64,000 nucleotides of DNA. Origin: Leptospira sp. Its GTDB lineage: Bacteria; Spirochaetota; Leptospiria; Leptospirales; Leptospiraceae. The DNA is taken from NCBI GenBank assembly GCA_034439575.1, contig JAWXAQ010000035.1:96001-160000 (forward strand). Direction: 5' to 3'. The stretch's first letter is position 1, and every line of letters starts with the position of its first letter. A program made the position numbers and the translations under genes. Positions 30,673-40,191 of this stretch are shown here, in pieces. The notes below the pieces were generated by a model that ran no database searches, had not been told where the DNA came from, and saw nothing but the letters and a program-made list of their open reading frames with translations.

Positions 30673-30891
30673 TTATATTCCTTCTTCATTCCTTGATTTG
30701 ACTTTGGGCAGAGAATGGATTCGAGTTTTATAAGCTAAAACCAATTCCAATACACCAGAAACTGTTTCTTGAACGATAAATTTTTTATCATTCGTGAGAG
30801 TGATCACAGTATCAGGATTCGCTTCTATTGTCTCAATGAGTTCTGCATTGAGAATAAATTCTGCGCCTTTGAGTCGATGAAGGATGACCAA
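30673..30891 (-). CDS. flbD: Flagellar FlbD family protein
   Basis: LNAELIETIEANPDTVITL; upstream of motA. Confidence 0.9.
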   Translation of the reverse strand: MVILHRLKGAEFILNAELIETIEANPDTVITLTNDKKFIVQETVSGVLELVLAYKTRIHSLPKVKSRNEEGI

Positions 30892-30911
30892 GAGATCCCC
30901 CTATGAGATTT

Positions 30912-31991
30912 CTACTTATGTCTATCGACTGACTTTTGAATTTCGTTGATGAATTTTTCTTCCGTAAATCTATCGATGGATTTCTGGAAATCTCTCCGTC
31001 GGAGGGATATTTTTTCGACTTCCAGGATGGCATTGTTTAAAGAATCAACGGTCTGTTCCTTGAAAAAGACCCCTGTTTTCCCTTCAATCACCGTTTCTAA
31101 AGCACCACCCATGCCAAGAGCTACGACTGGTGTTCCATAACCTTGTGCTTCGACGGGAGTGATTCCAAAATCTTCCATTCCTGGAAAAATAAACCCACGA
31201 GCACCTTTGTAATATTCCAATACCTCTTTTCGGGGTAATCCTTTCTTCCAGATGACATTCGAAGGTAAATTTTTTGTAAGTTTTGCTTCGTCTTGGCCAC
31301 CACCTATCAAGATTAGTTTCTTTCCATTTTTGCGAAAGGCTTCTATCGCAATATCTATCCGTTTGTAAGGAGCAAAAGCCGATACGATCAAATAATAATC
31401 TTCTTTCGAATGGTCCTGCACCCTATAACCTTCTGGAAAACAGGGTGGATGAATCACTTGGTATTCTCTGCGATAGTATTTCTGAATGCGTTTTCCCACA
31501 AAATCAGAGTTACACGTAAAGTGATCCACTCGATTGGAAGAAGCTGCATCCCAGGTTCGTAAATAATTACTGATAGCTTGGAATGTAAAAAATTTTAAAC
31601 CCTTACGATTTGGAAAATAATCATAATACATATCCCATACATAACGCATAGGCGAATGAATATAACTTATATGAAAAGAATTTGGGTGAGGAATGACACC
31701 TTTCGCAACACAGTGCGAGGAGCTAATCACAATATCGTAACCTTTGAGATCAAGAGATTCAATGGCCGTTGGAAAAAGTGGTAAATAATATCTATAGTAT
31801 TTTTCTTTGAATGGTAATCGATCTGTAAATGCCGTCGTAATTTTCCTATCTTCTATACGAGCATTCAATTTTCCTTTGCTGTAAAATAATGTAAAAAGAT
31901 CTGCACTCGGATACGCTTTTAGAAGAGCATCGAGTACAACCTCTCCGCCTCTCATCCCAGTTAACCAATCATGAATTATGGCAATTTTCAT
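30912..31991 (-). CDS. Glycosyltransferase family 4 (GT-B)
   Basis: HDWLTGMRGGE, HSPMRY, EDFGITPVEA (EX7E); start set at ATG 31991. Confidence 0.92.
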   Translation of the reverse strand: MKIAIIHDWLTGMRGGEVVLDALLKAYPSADLFTLFYSKGKLNARIEDRKITTAFTDRLPFKEKYYRYYLPLFPTAIESLDLKGYDIVISSSHCVAKGVIPHPNSFHISYIHSPMRYVWDMYYDYFPNRKGLKFFTFQAISNYLRTWDAASSNRVDHFTCNSDFVGKRIQKYYRREYQVIHPPCFPEGYRVQDHSKEDYYLIVSAFAPYKRIDIAIEAFRKNGKKLILIGGGQDEAKLTKNLPSNVIWKKGLPRKEVLEYYKGARGFIFPGMEDFGITPVEAQGYGTPVVALGMGGALETVIEGKTGVFFKEQTVDSLNNAILEVEKISLRRRDFQKSIDRFTEEKFINEIQKSVDRHK

Positions 31992-32050
31992 TATACTTAT
32001 TATCGACAATTTAATCTTAAACCTTCAATGACACAGCATTTCGAAACGAA

Positions 32051-32080
32051 TATTTCACCTTATTTTAATTAGGTGAAATA
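32051..32080. promoter_or_regulatory. Intergenic inverted repeat (operator or terminator-like hairpin)
   Basis: TATTTCACCT-N10-AGGTGAAATA perfect 10-bp arms. Confidence 0.4.
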
Positions 32081-32121
32081 AAGAATCATTGCTATGTGAC
32101 ATAAAAATTCGATCGAATAAT

Positions 32122-32925
32122 TTAATTTTGAGGTCCCACTTTTCTTCCAGATAAAGTTGTTCTGCCATAGAATGATAAAGTTACAAAAAATGGTAATGGC
32201 ATCGTATTTTCCATATTACGCGATGATTCCATATAGCGCCTTCCTTCCAGTCCAATCACTCCCGCATCATTCACAGTCGTATAAACCTCGTCATACATTT
32301 CTGTCGAATTGATTAGCATAGGAATAGTTCCTATATTTGTGTTTAACTTATTTGTAAATGATTTTGTATTTTTTGTGATGGAACGAAGGTCTTCCCGATT
32401 ATCTTCGATCGTTTGTGATGCCGCTTTGAAAAAATCATCGAAGTATCTTGCAGATGGTAAATAATCAGGCACATTTTCACCATCACGAAATGTCGGTTTA
32501 AAATACGGAGTTTTGCCATCAGATGAACCAGGATTGATATTGATAACTCGATTTGAAAAAAGTGTGATCGTTTGAAAATCCACTTTGTAATTGTCCCATA
32601 AGGTAAGTGGTTCTTCCAAAGCGATGTTAAGTTCTATCGCATCACTTTCGTTATTATTAAGAAATCTACGATCCGGAACATCAATCATAGGTCGAATAGA
32701 AATATGTGCCACGTATCCCTTCGGAATTCCCAAGATTCTCACTTCCGTTCCTTCTTTGATTCCATCAATCCTGGAATAAAAAAGTGAAAGTCGATATGGA
32801 AAATTTTTTTCGGGTCTTTCTGGTTGAATTACGGTGACAAAAAAAGCAAATAAAAGAAATACAATAAATAGCAAGCCGATCAAGCTTTGAAAATACTTTC
32901 TATTTATTGCTAATTTCGTAATCAC
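32122..32925 (-). CDS. MlaD/MCE family protein
   Basis: N-terminal TM; DGIKEGTEVRILGIPKGYV matches MCE pattern; ININPG; helical C terminus. Confidence 0.82.
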   Translation of the reverse strand: MITKLAINRKYFQSLIGLLFIVFLLFAFFVTVIQPERPEKNFPYRLSLFYSRIDGIKEGTEVRILGIPKGYVAHISIRPMIDVPDRRFLNNNESDAIELNIALEEPLTLWDNYKVDFQTITLFSNRVININPGSSDGKTPYFKPTFRDGENVPDYLPSARYFDDFFKAASQTIEDNREDLRSITKNTKSFTNKLNTNIGTIPMLINSTEMYDEVYTTVNDAGVIGLEGRRYMESSRNMENTMPLPFFVTLSFYGRTTLSGRKVGPQN

Positions 32926-32980
32926 CCTTTACCCTTCGGACAGAAAGAAAGGCTTGGCAAGTAGTTTTTGATCCGAGGAA

Positions 32981-33973
32981 ATGGAAGTCATGAAAGCCGT
33001 GACCATCTTAAAATATGACGAAACATCCCCACAACTAGAACTTCGTGAAAAAGAAATTCCAGAACCCAAAGATAACGAGGTTTTAATTAAGATTCACGCA
33101 TCTCCGATCAATCCTTCTGATCTAATGTTCATTAGGGGATTGTATGGCATAAAAAAGAAAGCTCCAGTCTCTGCAGGATTTGAAGCCAGCGGAACCATCG
33201 TATCCATTGGCAAAGATATAAAATTCTTAAAACCAAATATGCAAGTATCCTGTGTATCGGGCCATAATGATGGATCGTGGGCAGACTATATGGTGACGAC
33301 GGAAGAAAATTGCCTACCACTCATAGACGGAATTACTTTAGATGAAGCTAGTTGTTTCTTTGTTAATCCCATGACCGCCTGGGCCATGGTTACACGAGCC
33401 ATTGACGAAAAACACACGGCGATGATCCAAACTGCATCAGCGAGTGCTCTTGGTAAAATGGTGGTGCGATTATGTGCCGAAAAAAAACTACCCCTCATAA
33501 ATATAGTCCGTAAAAAAGAACAAGAAGACACATTGCGAGAATTAGGTGCAGAGTATATCATCAATTCGGAAGCACCTAATTTCGAAAAAGAATTGTACAA
33601 AACATCTAAAAAATTGAACGCTACTTATGCGATTGATGCTGTCGCTGGAGAAACTGCACAAAAAGTTTTGGAATGTATGCCTTACGCTGGTAAAATTATT
33701 TGTTATGGAGCCCTATCCGAAAAACCAATCTCTGTGAATGCAGGTATGATGATTTTTCAAAATAAAAAAGTAGAAGGGTATTGGTTATCCAGCTGGATTT
33801 ATTCTCTCGGCCTTGAAGAGTTTCAAAAACAAGCAAAAGATGCACAAAAATATTTAAAAACTATTTTTCAGACAAAAATCAACAAACGATATGCACTTGA
33901 AGATTTCGCAGAAGGATTAGAATATTACAAAAATCATATGACAGAAGGCAAGGTAGTTTTTGCACCAAAATAA
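32981..33973 (+). CDS. Medium-chain dehydrogenase/reductase (quinone or enoyl reductase-like, NADPH)
   Basis: INPSD, GFEASG, VNPMTAW, ASALG, GKVV. Confidence 0.88.
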   Translation: MEVMKAVTILKYDETSPQLELREKEIPEPKDNEVLIKIHASPINPSDLMFIRGLYGIKKKAPVSAGFEASGTIVSIGKDIKFLKPNMQVSCVSGHNDGSWADYMVTTEENCLPLIDGITLDEASCFFVNPMTAWAMVTRAIDEKHTAMIQTASASALGKMVVRLCAEKKLPLINIVRKKEQEDTLRELGAEYIINSEAPNFEKELYKTSKKLNATYAIDAVAGETAQKVLECMPYAGKIICYGALSEKPISVNAGMMIFQNKKVEGYWLSSWIYSLGLEEFQKQAKDAQKYLKTIFQTKINKRYALEDFAEGLEYYKNHMTEGKVVFAPK

Positions 33974-33986
33974 ATTAACGATACTT

Positions 33987-34514
33987 ATGCGAATCTTACG
34001 GTTTTCTATAGTCATCTATTTTATATTGATTTTGAATTCTTGTTTTTCTGGGATTAAAAAAAATATAGATAACTTAAAAAATTGTGAAATCAATATTGTA
34101 AATTTAATCGTATCAACGGAACCAAAACAAAATTTTTCTTTTGTTCCGAAGATTTTGATCATTCCTATTGTTTCTGTAAAAAATCCAAATGAGGAAGATG
34201 TAGAAATTTACGAATTTAATTTGGATTTGGCTTTAGTTACAAAAGATGGAGATCAACCAATTGGCGTTGTGATCAATGAAGAGAAGAAGGTCATTCCCAA
34301 GTTTGAGACTTTAGAATTTCCTTTGATTTTGGATATGGATCAAAAAAATGGCATTGATGCGAAACTAATCTCTATCCTTTTACAATTATTTGCCGCTGCG
34401 ATGCGCGGAGAATCGGCAGAAGTTTTTATAAAAGGTGATGTGTTAGTTGGTTCTTCCTTAGGAAGTATTAGTGTACCCATTTCTGAGCGAAAAAAAGTTA
34501 AACTCCAAAAATAG
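33987..34514 (+). CDS. LEA type 2/WHy-like lipoprotein
   Basis: Lipobox LNSC; VKNPN motif; beta-rich pattern. Confidence 0.65.
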   Translation: MRILRFSIVIYFILILNSCFSGIKKNIDNLKNCEINIVNLIVSTEPKQNFSFVPKILIIPIVSVKNPNEEDVEIYEFNLDLALVTKDGDQPIGVVINEEKKVIPKFETLEFPLILDMDQKNGIDAKLISILLQLFAAAMRGESAEVFIKGDVLVGSSLGSISVPISERKKVKLQK

Positions 34515-34814
34515 ATGTATTTCAAGTTATTAAAGATTTTTATTTTTCTTATATTGCTTGTGAATTGTGTCCAGAATAGGGATGAAATTTACTATCATGC
34601 AGGTGAAGCAAATTCGAAAATCTTTCAAGCCTTTGCGATAAAAGATGCCAGTTGTGGTAAAAGTCATATCATTACGACGATTTTACTTGGAAGGGTCAAA
34701 ATATCAGATTTAAATCGATGTGTCAAAGCAATAGAAATTGCTACCTGCGAACAGTGGCAAGCTGATAACCCTACGCCTGAGATCTGTAAAACGATCAATT
34801 ATATATTCAAATAA
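34515..34814 (+). CDS. Small Cys-containing lipoprotein
   Basis: Lipobox LVNC plus four more Cys; abuts neighbours. Confidence 0.7.
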   Translation: MYFKLLKIFIFLILLVNCVQNRDEIYYHAGEANSKIFQAFAIKDASCGKSHIITTILLGRVKISDLNRCVKAIEIATCEQWQADNPTPEICKTINYIFK

Positions 34815-35293
34815 TGTTGAGGTATCTATTCACTCTCTCTCCCACAGAATACTTTTTATTTGCCTTATTGTTATTCGCAGGTATTTTGTTATTCGTTTTC
34901 AGTAAAATAAAATCAAAAAAAAATATTAAAAAATCAAAATCCGCTCAAAAGGAAGAATTAAAAAAAGAATCATCCAATACTAAAAAAGATCCAGCATTGC
35001 AAGTCATGGAAATTTTTGATTACAATGGAACGAAGATTCTACATCAAGATGGTACCTATACGGTCAATGATAAAGGAGTTGTTACAAACTATTCCAATTG
35101 GAACTTATTGCCAAAAATGTACCAAACAATGGTCAAGGAACTTGACAAACGATCCTTAGGCGAAAAAGGTCAGGATTATTTTTTAGAAATGTTAAATGGA
35201 TTTTATTACGTATCTCTTCCCGGCGGGAAAAAAAAGAGATACGATTCTATAAACGATATTCCACCCCATATCCGTAAACGAATTGGGGTGTGA
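34814..35293 (+). CDS. Hypothetical single-TM protein with internal duplication
   Basis: N-terminal TM, Lys-rich linker, two similar C-terminal segments; TAATG coupling. Confidence 0.7.
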   Translation: MLRYLFTLSPTEYFLFALLLFAGILLFVFSKIKSKKNIKKSKSAQKEELKKESSNTKKDPALQVMEIFDYNGTKILHQDGTYTVNDKGVVTNYSNWNLLPKMYQTMVKELDKRSLGEKGQDYFLEMLNGFYYVSLPGGKKKRYDSINDIPPHIRKRIGV

Positions 35294-35299
35294 GTGATG

Positions 35300-36235
35300 T
35301 TACTCGTAAGTTAATACAACTGACTTTGAAGGAGATTTTTTCTTCATCTTCTCAACAATTTCCGCCTTATTAAGTTTTTTCTGAAGATCTCTACGACGAC
35401 CTTCTTCCAATACTTTCACTGGTGGTTTTTTCAAATCCCATACAATTCCAAACCAGGAAAAAACTTTTAATATGTAATAAGACATATCCACTTCATACCA
35501 ATAAAAACCTTGGTTCACGGAAGAACAGTAATAGTGGTGGTTGTTATGCCATCCTTCGCCCATAGTCAGTAATGCGAGAAAAAAATTGTTTTTACTCGTA
35601 TCGCGTGAATTAAAGCGCACTGATCCATAAACGTGAGAAAGTGAGTTGATCGTCCAAGTCGCATGGCCTAGAAAAAAAGTTGCCACAGCATAACCGTAAA
35701 CTAACCATCCCCATCCACCTATCAAATACAATGCGATAGAAAATGTAAGTGGCGGAATCCAATTGTTACGATCTAACCATCGAAGTTCAGGATATTTATA
35801 AAAATCAGGTATTAACTTCGGTTCAAAATTTTCGTAATCATTTCGCAAAAACCAAAACATATGCGAATACCAAAATCCTTTTTTTGTCGGAGAATGAATG
35901 TCCTTATCTGTATCAGAATATTTATGATGATTTCTATGATGAGCGGCCCACCATAAAACTCCTTTCTGCATAGCCATGGAACCAATCCACGCTAATACAA
36001 ATTGGAAAACGCGAGATGTTTTAAATGTGGAATGGGAAAAATAGCGATGGTAGGCTCCAGTGATTCCAAACATGCGAAGGAAATAAGAGAATACTGCGAC
36101 CCAAAAAAGTTCCCAAGTAAATGGAACGGTAAAAACGGTTAAAACTGTCGCTTGGATCAGAAAAAAAAGAATTAAAAATAATAAAGGAGCCTTGTGTTTA
36201 ACAACAGGCTCGACATAAGTTTGTGAAGCTTCCAT
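35300..36235 (-). CDS. Acyl-CoA/lipid delta-9 desaturase
   Basis: Three His boxes HRYFSH, HRNHH, HNNHH; GEGWHN. Confidence 0.94.
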   Translation of the reverse strand: MEASQTYVEPVVKHKAPLLFLILFFLIQATVLTVFTVPFTWELFWVAVFSYFLRMFGITGAYHRYFSHSTFKTSRVFQFVLAWIGSMAMQKGVLWWAAHHRNHHKYSDTDKDIHSPTKKGFWYSHMFWFLRNDYENFEPKLIPDFYKYPELRWLDRNNWIPPLTFSIALYLIGGWGWLVYGYAVATFFLGHATWTINSLSHVYGSVRFNSRDTSKNNFFLALLTMGEGWHNNHHYYCSSVNQGFYWYEVDMSYYILKVFSWFGIVWDLKKPPVKVLEEGRRRDLQKKLNKAEIVEKMKKKSPSKSVVLTYE

Positions 36236-36341
36236 AAAAATTTTCCTATACCAAATAGGAGTCCTTTTAGTTTACCTGGTTGCAAAAAAATTCATTCTAC
36301 TTGATTCCAAGGCACAACGGACGACGCTGACAAAAGAAACC

Positions 36342-37556
36342 ATGTCCTCAAGAATTGTAGTTCAAAAATACGGTGGAACGTCCGTAGGAGACACCACAAA
36401 GATAAAGAACGTTGCAAAACGGATCAAAAAATATCATGACGATGGGAATAGAGTGGCTGTCGTCGTTTCGGCAATGGGACATACTACTGACGAATTGGTC
36501 AGCCTTGCAGATCAGATCTCTTCTGAACCCCCCAAACGAGAAATGGATATGCTACTTTCTACGGGCGAACAAGTATCCATTGCACTACTTGCCATCGCTC
36601 TAAACGAAATCGGTGTACCCGCTCAATCATTTACCGGTTCTCAGATAAAGATCCTTACCGATGGTAATTTTTCCAATGCCAAAATTGAAATGATTGATCG
36701 CACGAGAATTGACGAAGCCTTTAACAAAGGAAAGGTGGTTATCGTAGCTGGTTTCCAAGGCATTGATAAAGATGAAAACATAGTTACTCTCGGAAGAGGT
36801 GGCAGTGATACTTCGGCGGTTGCCATAGCTGCAGCCTTAGGTGCCGATGAGTGCGAAATATATACTGATGTGGATGGAGTTTATACAGCAGACCCGCGTA
36901 AAATTCCGAATGCGAAGATGCATAAACAAATTACTTACGAAGAGATGTTGGAACTTGCGAGCCTTGGCGCTGGAGTTTTGCATTCGAGAAGTGTTGAATT
37001 AGGAATGAATTATAATGTCGTGATTCATGTTCGATCCAGTTTTCACGATAGACCAGGAACTCTCGTAATGAGTGAGGATAAGATAATGGAAAAAATGAAA
37101 GTAAGTGGAGTCACTGCCAAAGGTGACCAAGTTCGCATCACTATCGCAGACGTTAAAGACAAACCGGGAATCGCCGCAGATTTATTCACACAACTTGCCA
37201 ACAAAGATGTCATCGTGGATGTGATTGTTCAATCTTCTCCACGAGATGGAGTGAATACAATTTCATTTACAATTGCGAAAAAAGATACGACTGTCGCTAA
37301 ACCCATAATTGATACTTACGCGAAAGCTAATGGCAATGGCCAAGCCGAAATGGACGAAAACATAGCGATTGTTTCAGCCGTTGGTGTCGGTATGAAATCA
37401 CATGTAGGTGTTGCGGCAAAAATGTTCCAAGCATTAGCTGATAATAAAATCAATATAGAAATGATATCTACTTCTGAGATAAAAATTTCCTGTGTGATCA
37501 AAGAAAACCAGTCAGAAGCGGCCGTAAAAGCCTTGCACACAGCGTTTATAGGATAA
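36342..37556 (+). CDS. lysC: Aspartate kinase
   Basis: [28 protein letters not shown], two ACT domains. Confidence 0.97.
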   Translation: MSSRIVVQKYGGTSVGDTTKIKNVAKRIKKYHDDGNRVAVVVSAMGHTTDELVSLADQISSEPPKREMDMLLSTGEQVSIALLAIALNEIGVPAQSFTGSQIKILTDGNFSNAKIEMIDRTRIDEAFNKGKVVIVAGFQGIDKDENIVTLGRGGSDTSAVAIAAALGADECEIYTDVDGVYTADPRKIPNAKMHKQITYEEMLELASLGAGVLHSRSVELGMNYNVVIHVRSSFHDRPGTLVMSEDKIMEKMKVSGVTAKGDQVRITIADVKDKPGIAADLFTQLANKDVIVDVIVQSSPRDGVNTISFTIAKKDTTVAKPIIDTYAKANGNGQAEMDENIAIVSAVGVGMKSHVGVAAKMFQALADNKINIEMISTSEIKISCVIKENQSEAAVKALHTAFIG

Positions 37557-37625
37557 TTATTTCAAAGAAAGAATCATTTCCGTGTATGAGGCTTTGGTTC
37601 TTAAATTCGATTGGAGAATATAACA

Positions 37626-38639
37626 ATGAAAATCAAATTAATTGTCATTTTCATATTATATTTATTTCTACCAGGATTTCTTTCATCTTATGAATCCCTA
37701 AACCAAGTCGTAGCCATTGTCGGTAATATAGCCGTTACACAATCCGATTTCGAAAAAGGGACAGAAAAGTACAAAGCCCTTTCACGTTACATCCCATCAA
37801 CTAGAAAAAAGGGATCATTACACTCACAAGTGTTAGATTTTTTAATCGATAGGGCTGTTGTTGATATTGTTTCAGAAGAAGAATCTATCCAAGTAAATGA
37901 AAAACGTATTGAAGCAGAAATTCAAAAACGTATGGAATCACAAGGGATTACAGATATAGAATATTTTAAAAAAACAGTCACTCAACAATTTGGTTTACCT
38001 TATGAAACTTGGGTCGAAGATTTACCCTTTCAAATAAAAAAAGCCCAATTACTTCAAATTAAAATTTCTCCTCCTTTACCTTCAGAACAAGAAGTGTTAG
38101 GTTGGTATAACAAAAACAAGGCGAAGGTTGGATACGAATTTAAATTCCGTGAATTGATTTTTTCACCAGCAAACAGCTCCATAGACGAAGAAACACGCAT
38201 CTTTCAAGAACTAAATGAAATAAGGTCAAAGTCGATGAAAGATCCATCTTTCTTTAAATTGGTCGCTTCCGGTCCACGAAATGAAAGTAGGCATAAAGTA
38301 GTCGGTGGCCTTGTCAATTGGATTCCTACGTTTGAACTTTATAAATCGCAACCCACTACTGCATCTGTCTTGAGTCAGGTACAACAAGGAAAAATTTCCG
38401 AAGTATTTCGTGATGATCGTAAAAGATATTGTTTGGTGTTTGTCGAAGGCGTGCGCCCTACTCCTTTAGATGCTGTCCGTAAAGGGATTCAAGGATTACT
38501 TTATCGAGATAAGGAACAGGCAAATTTTGAAGAATGGGTTGTAAATACTAGAAAAACAACTTCGATTACAATATTCGATCCCATTTATCTAAAAGAACAT
38601 AACATAACAAATCCAGACGAAAAGTACAACGCAGATTAA
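37626..38639 (+). CDS. SurA-like periplasmic chaperone/peptidyl-prolyl isomerase (leptospiral type)
   Basis: Signal peptide, NQVVAIVG...VTQSD SurA N-domain, parvulin-like GGLVNW and GKISEVF. Confidence 0.8.
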   Translation: MKIKLIVIFILYLFLPGFLSSYESLNQVVAIVGNIAVTQSDFEKGTEKYKALSRYIPSTRKKGSLHSQVLDFLIDRAVVDIVSEEESIQVNEKRIEAEIQKRMESQGITDIEYFKKTVTQQFGLPYETWVEDLPFQIKKAQLLQIKISPPLPSEQEVLGWYNKNKAKVGYEFKFRELIFSPANSSIDEETRIFQELNEIRSKSMKDPSFFKLVASGPRNESRHKVVGGLVNWIPTFELYKSQPTTASVLSQVQQGKISEVFRDDRKRYCLVFVEGVRPTPLDAVRKGIQGLLYRDKEQANFEEWVVNTRKTTSITIFDPIYLKEHNITNPDEKYNAD

Positions 38640-38640
38640 A

Positions 38641-40191
38641 ATGACAAGGACAAATTATTTACCTGCCTTAGCTGCTGTTTATTTAGATCAAAAAAGCCAA
38701 GATTTTTTACTTAAAAACACACATCTAGAATTCTGGAAAATATTTTTTGATAAGATCAGGAACTTATTCGCTTCCTTACCTATCCATATTATCGTTTCCA
38801 AAGAATTAAATTCTGTCATAGAATCAGAAATGAAGAAGGAACAGAATATTTTTTTACATGTTGATGTTGATACGGAAGAAACCTTCTTAAAAAAAATATC
38901 TACTTTTTTACCTACTTCAAAATTCAATGATCCAGATTGGGATGAAGTATGTTTTTTATACTTCAAAGGTATATCCCCGCTCATAGATTTAAAGTTAGTT
39001 GCAGAATCTTGGGAACGCCATAAAAAATTTTTTAGTCAATATTCCTATAGCGAAAACTTACCAGAAGGGGTTATTCCTTATATATTGACGAGAGAGTTTT
39101 TATCAAGCCTGCCTGATAAATTATCAACAGATGTTCATTCATTTTTTCTTAAAAATATTAATCAATATGATGTTGATATTTTTTATGTTCCGCCTGACTT
39201 GCGTCAGTATCGATTTGATCTTCGGCTCAATGATTTTAGAAATCTAAATCTCATTGAGAATCTGTTAAAAAAAGATCCCAAAATTACTTACGAAGAATTA
39301 CTTCCGACCATTCAAAAAAACGCAAAGATATTTCGCTTTGCCCCATCCTATATAGAATGGGAAATTTATAAAGGCTGTGAACTTGATTGTATTTTTTGTC
39401 CTCGTCAATTCGTTTCAAAAGAAAATGAACCAAACCAATCCTCGCTTGAAAATATAATCAATTCGATTTCAAAACTACAATCTGCAATTCCGACTGATTT
39501 TACGATTTGTTTTGGTGGCAATGGTGAGCCACTCCTACATCCAAATTTCACAGACATACTCACTCATAGCTTAAAAATTCCCAACCTAACAGAATTAATA
39601 GTTGAAACGGCTCTATATACGAACGTCGATACACTCGTCGAATCTATATCAAAAATGGATGAAAATTCAAAAAAGAAACTTTGTATTATCGTCAATTTAT
39701 CTACATTAAAAAAGGACATTTACCGCAAGTTATATGGTAAAGATATTCATACTGAAATTTTAAATTCTATAGATAAATTAAGATCCATATTACCGAAATC
39801 ATCACTTCACATACAAATGATAAAAATGATAGAGGTTGGAGACGAAGTAGAGGCTTTCTTTAATTATTTTGAAAAGAAAGATATCAATGTTATTTTACAA
39901 AAATTCAATTCATTTGCTGGGAAATTACCTGAAAAAAGAGTCAGTGATTTAACACCGATTCATCGAGAGTTTTGTTGGCATTTAAATCGCGATTTAGTAA
40001 TAGATGTAAATGGAAATGTATCAATCTGTAAACAAACCCAAACAGAAGTGTTAGGGAATATAATAGAGCAAGAGTTTTCAGAAATTTGGGAAAAAGGACA
40101 GAAGTATTTTGAATACAGTTTTTTAGGTGATCATAAATCAATCCCTGCTCCTTGTTTAAATTGTGATGAATGGTATACTTTCAACGCCTAA
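38641..40191 (+). CDS. Spirochaete radical SAM/SPASM protein (spiro-SPASM type)
   Basis: CELDCIFC (CX3CX2C), GGNGEPLLHP, C-terminal FCWHL, SICK, CLNC; N-terminal nucleotidyltransferase-like region. Confidence 0.85.
   Translation: MTRTNYLPALAAVYLDQKSQDFLLKNTHLEFWKIFFDKIRNLFASLPIHIIVSKELNSVIESEMKKEQNIFLHVDVDTEETFLKKISTFLPTSKFNDPDWDEVCFLYFKGISPLIDLKLVAESWERHKKFFSQYSYSENLPEGVIPYILTREFLSSLPDKLSTDVHSFFLKNINQYDVDIFYVPPDLRQYRFDLRLNDFRNLNLIENLLKKDPKITYEELLPTIQKNAKIFRFAPSYIEWEIYKGCELDCIFCPRQFVSKENEPNQSSLENIINSISKLQSAIPTDFTICFGGNGEPLLHPNFTDILTHSLKIPNLTELIVETALYTNVDTLVESISKMDENSKKKLCIIVNLSTLKKDIYRKLYGKDIHTEILNSIDKLRSILPKSSLHIQMIKMIEVGDEVEAFFNYFEKKDINVILQKFNSFAGKLPEKRVSDLTPIHREFCWHLNRDLVIDVNGNVSICKQTQTEVLGNIIEQEFSEIWEKGQKYFEYSFLGDHKSIPAPCLNCDEWYTFNA

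Noticed and set aside
36236..36341. Possible lysine riboswitch before lysC
   Set aside because: Only about 105 nt shared with a divergent gene; too short and no L-box consensus seen.
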